Below the pieces are notes generated by a model. It made no database searches and was not told where the DNA came from. It saw nothing but the letters and a program-made list of their open reading frames with translations. Source: Leucoraja erinacea (taxonomy: Eukaryota). Taken from it: a stretch of 64,000 nucleotides of DNA. Each line of letters starts with the position of its first letter. Position 1 is the stretch's first letter. The stretch is taken from positions 65,410,001-65,474,000 of the forward strand of contig NC_073379.1 in NCBI RefSeq assembly GCF_028641065.1, read 5' to 3'. Below, piece after piece: positions 63,075 to 64,000 of this stretch. Position numbers and translations under genes: made by a program.

Positions 63075-63960
63075 CTAGCAATGTTCTCCACCCCCACATG
63101 TGGACCATCTATCGGCAGTTTTCTCGCCGGCGGCCGCATCGGAGTTCCTCAAATACCAGACCGGTGTTGTTTGGATGAACCTCTGTATAAATATACAGTA
63201 ATCTTAAATGGCTAGCTAAACGATAAAAGTGGCATACTAATGAAGGCCCCAGTGTCATCTTGACGCACTTGGACTGCAAAAGTTGAGATAACATAGACGA
63301 ATAGCTGTTGAACGGATGATCATGGTTGAGCAGTACGCGACTCCCTGCCCGCTTACCCCCAGCTTTTTCCTTGTATGGTCGAAGGCCATGTTCCAATGCG
63401 TGTATTTTTTAACTAAACTACACAATACGTACAATGGGAACCGGAGGCATTAAGACGGCGATTTACTGTTAGATGCCTGGGGAGCCAGTTTCGACGACAA
63501 GTCGTTACACATAGCATGAGGCCTGATCCCATAAACCTCGTCAAATTGTCCCTGCTCATTTCTCCACAGGGTACACTTTTGATGCCCCGCCAACTAATAA
63601 AGTCTATCTCTTGCTTGAATATCCCACCAACTCTGGCCCTACAGATATTGATGACGCTTCTACGACATCCCAGATCGTTCTTGTTGAAGGTATTCTTCTT
63701 AATAATGCTCGATTTGCTTAAAAGGGTTTGTACGGAACGCATGCCGTCGGAGGGTTCTGACAGTGCTGCAGCTAAGTAAGAACTTCCACTTTGTGAATCA
63801 TACCGACGATCCAATCTGAGGAAGCTCCGAATGCGACTCGGACCGATCAACCAGGCCACGATCCTCCACGAGGGGGGGGCAGAGGTGAGTGGTGCAGTGG
63901 ACTGCTCGGAAACTAGACTCCGTGTTCTAATGTCTAACAACTCATCCTTTCTCTATTCTG
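63075..63960. other. Insertion-riddled copies of the tRNA-SINE (+) and a CR1 3' end (-); probably uncorrected read sequence
   Basis: ggtcgaaggccatgttccaatgcgtgtattttttaactaaacta resembles gggccgaagggcctgtttccgcactgtatctaaactaaacta (~7192-7233). aagttgagataacatagacgaatagctgttgaacggatgatc resembles aagtgggataacgtagaactcgtgtacgggtgatc (28181). Confidence 0.6.
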
Positions 63961-64000
63961 TAATCGCGTACCAGCCGTGCAGTTGTCTTGTGTCTCCATC

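Noticed and set aside
63109-63396. Minus-strand words resembling retroviral pol (GKR..VAYCS with a frameshift, YIYTE)
   Set aside because: Needs frameshifts and the motif spacing is wrong; the same bases are better explained as a noisy plus-strand SINE.

Overview
Eukaryotic genomic DNA, by repeat content probably a cartilaginous fish (skate/ray-like; this is inference from recalled CR1/HER1-type LINEs, tRNA-SINEs and Penelope elements). The window lies inside one large minus-strand fibrillin gene of the FBN2/FBN3 clade. Four consecutive phase-1/phase-1 coding exons are visible: cbEGF 54670-54795, cbEGF 21841-21966, TB1 4051-4203 and the Pro/Gly-rich hinge exon 242-466. They are separated by introns of about 32.7, 17.6 and 3.6 kb. 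The introns are packed with transposable elements: CR1, L1 and L2/Rex-Babar LINE fragments, Penelope-like elements with hammerhead-ribozyme-like cores, tRNA-SINEs, CpG-rich non-autonomous retroelements, several non-autonomous Helitrons (TC...hairpin-CTAG) with minisatellites and promoter-like motifs, a deleted Tc1, a 1.2-kb foldback TA-MITE and nested Harbinger-like MITEs. There is an assembly gap at 42661-42797. The last ~7 kb looks foreign, but part of it is a recognisable insertion-riddled copy of local repeats, so it is probably uncorrected long-read sequence rather than new biology. Almost all ORFs in the supplied track are spurious or TE-derived. No clearly new protein-coding system was found.
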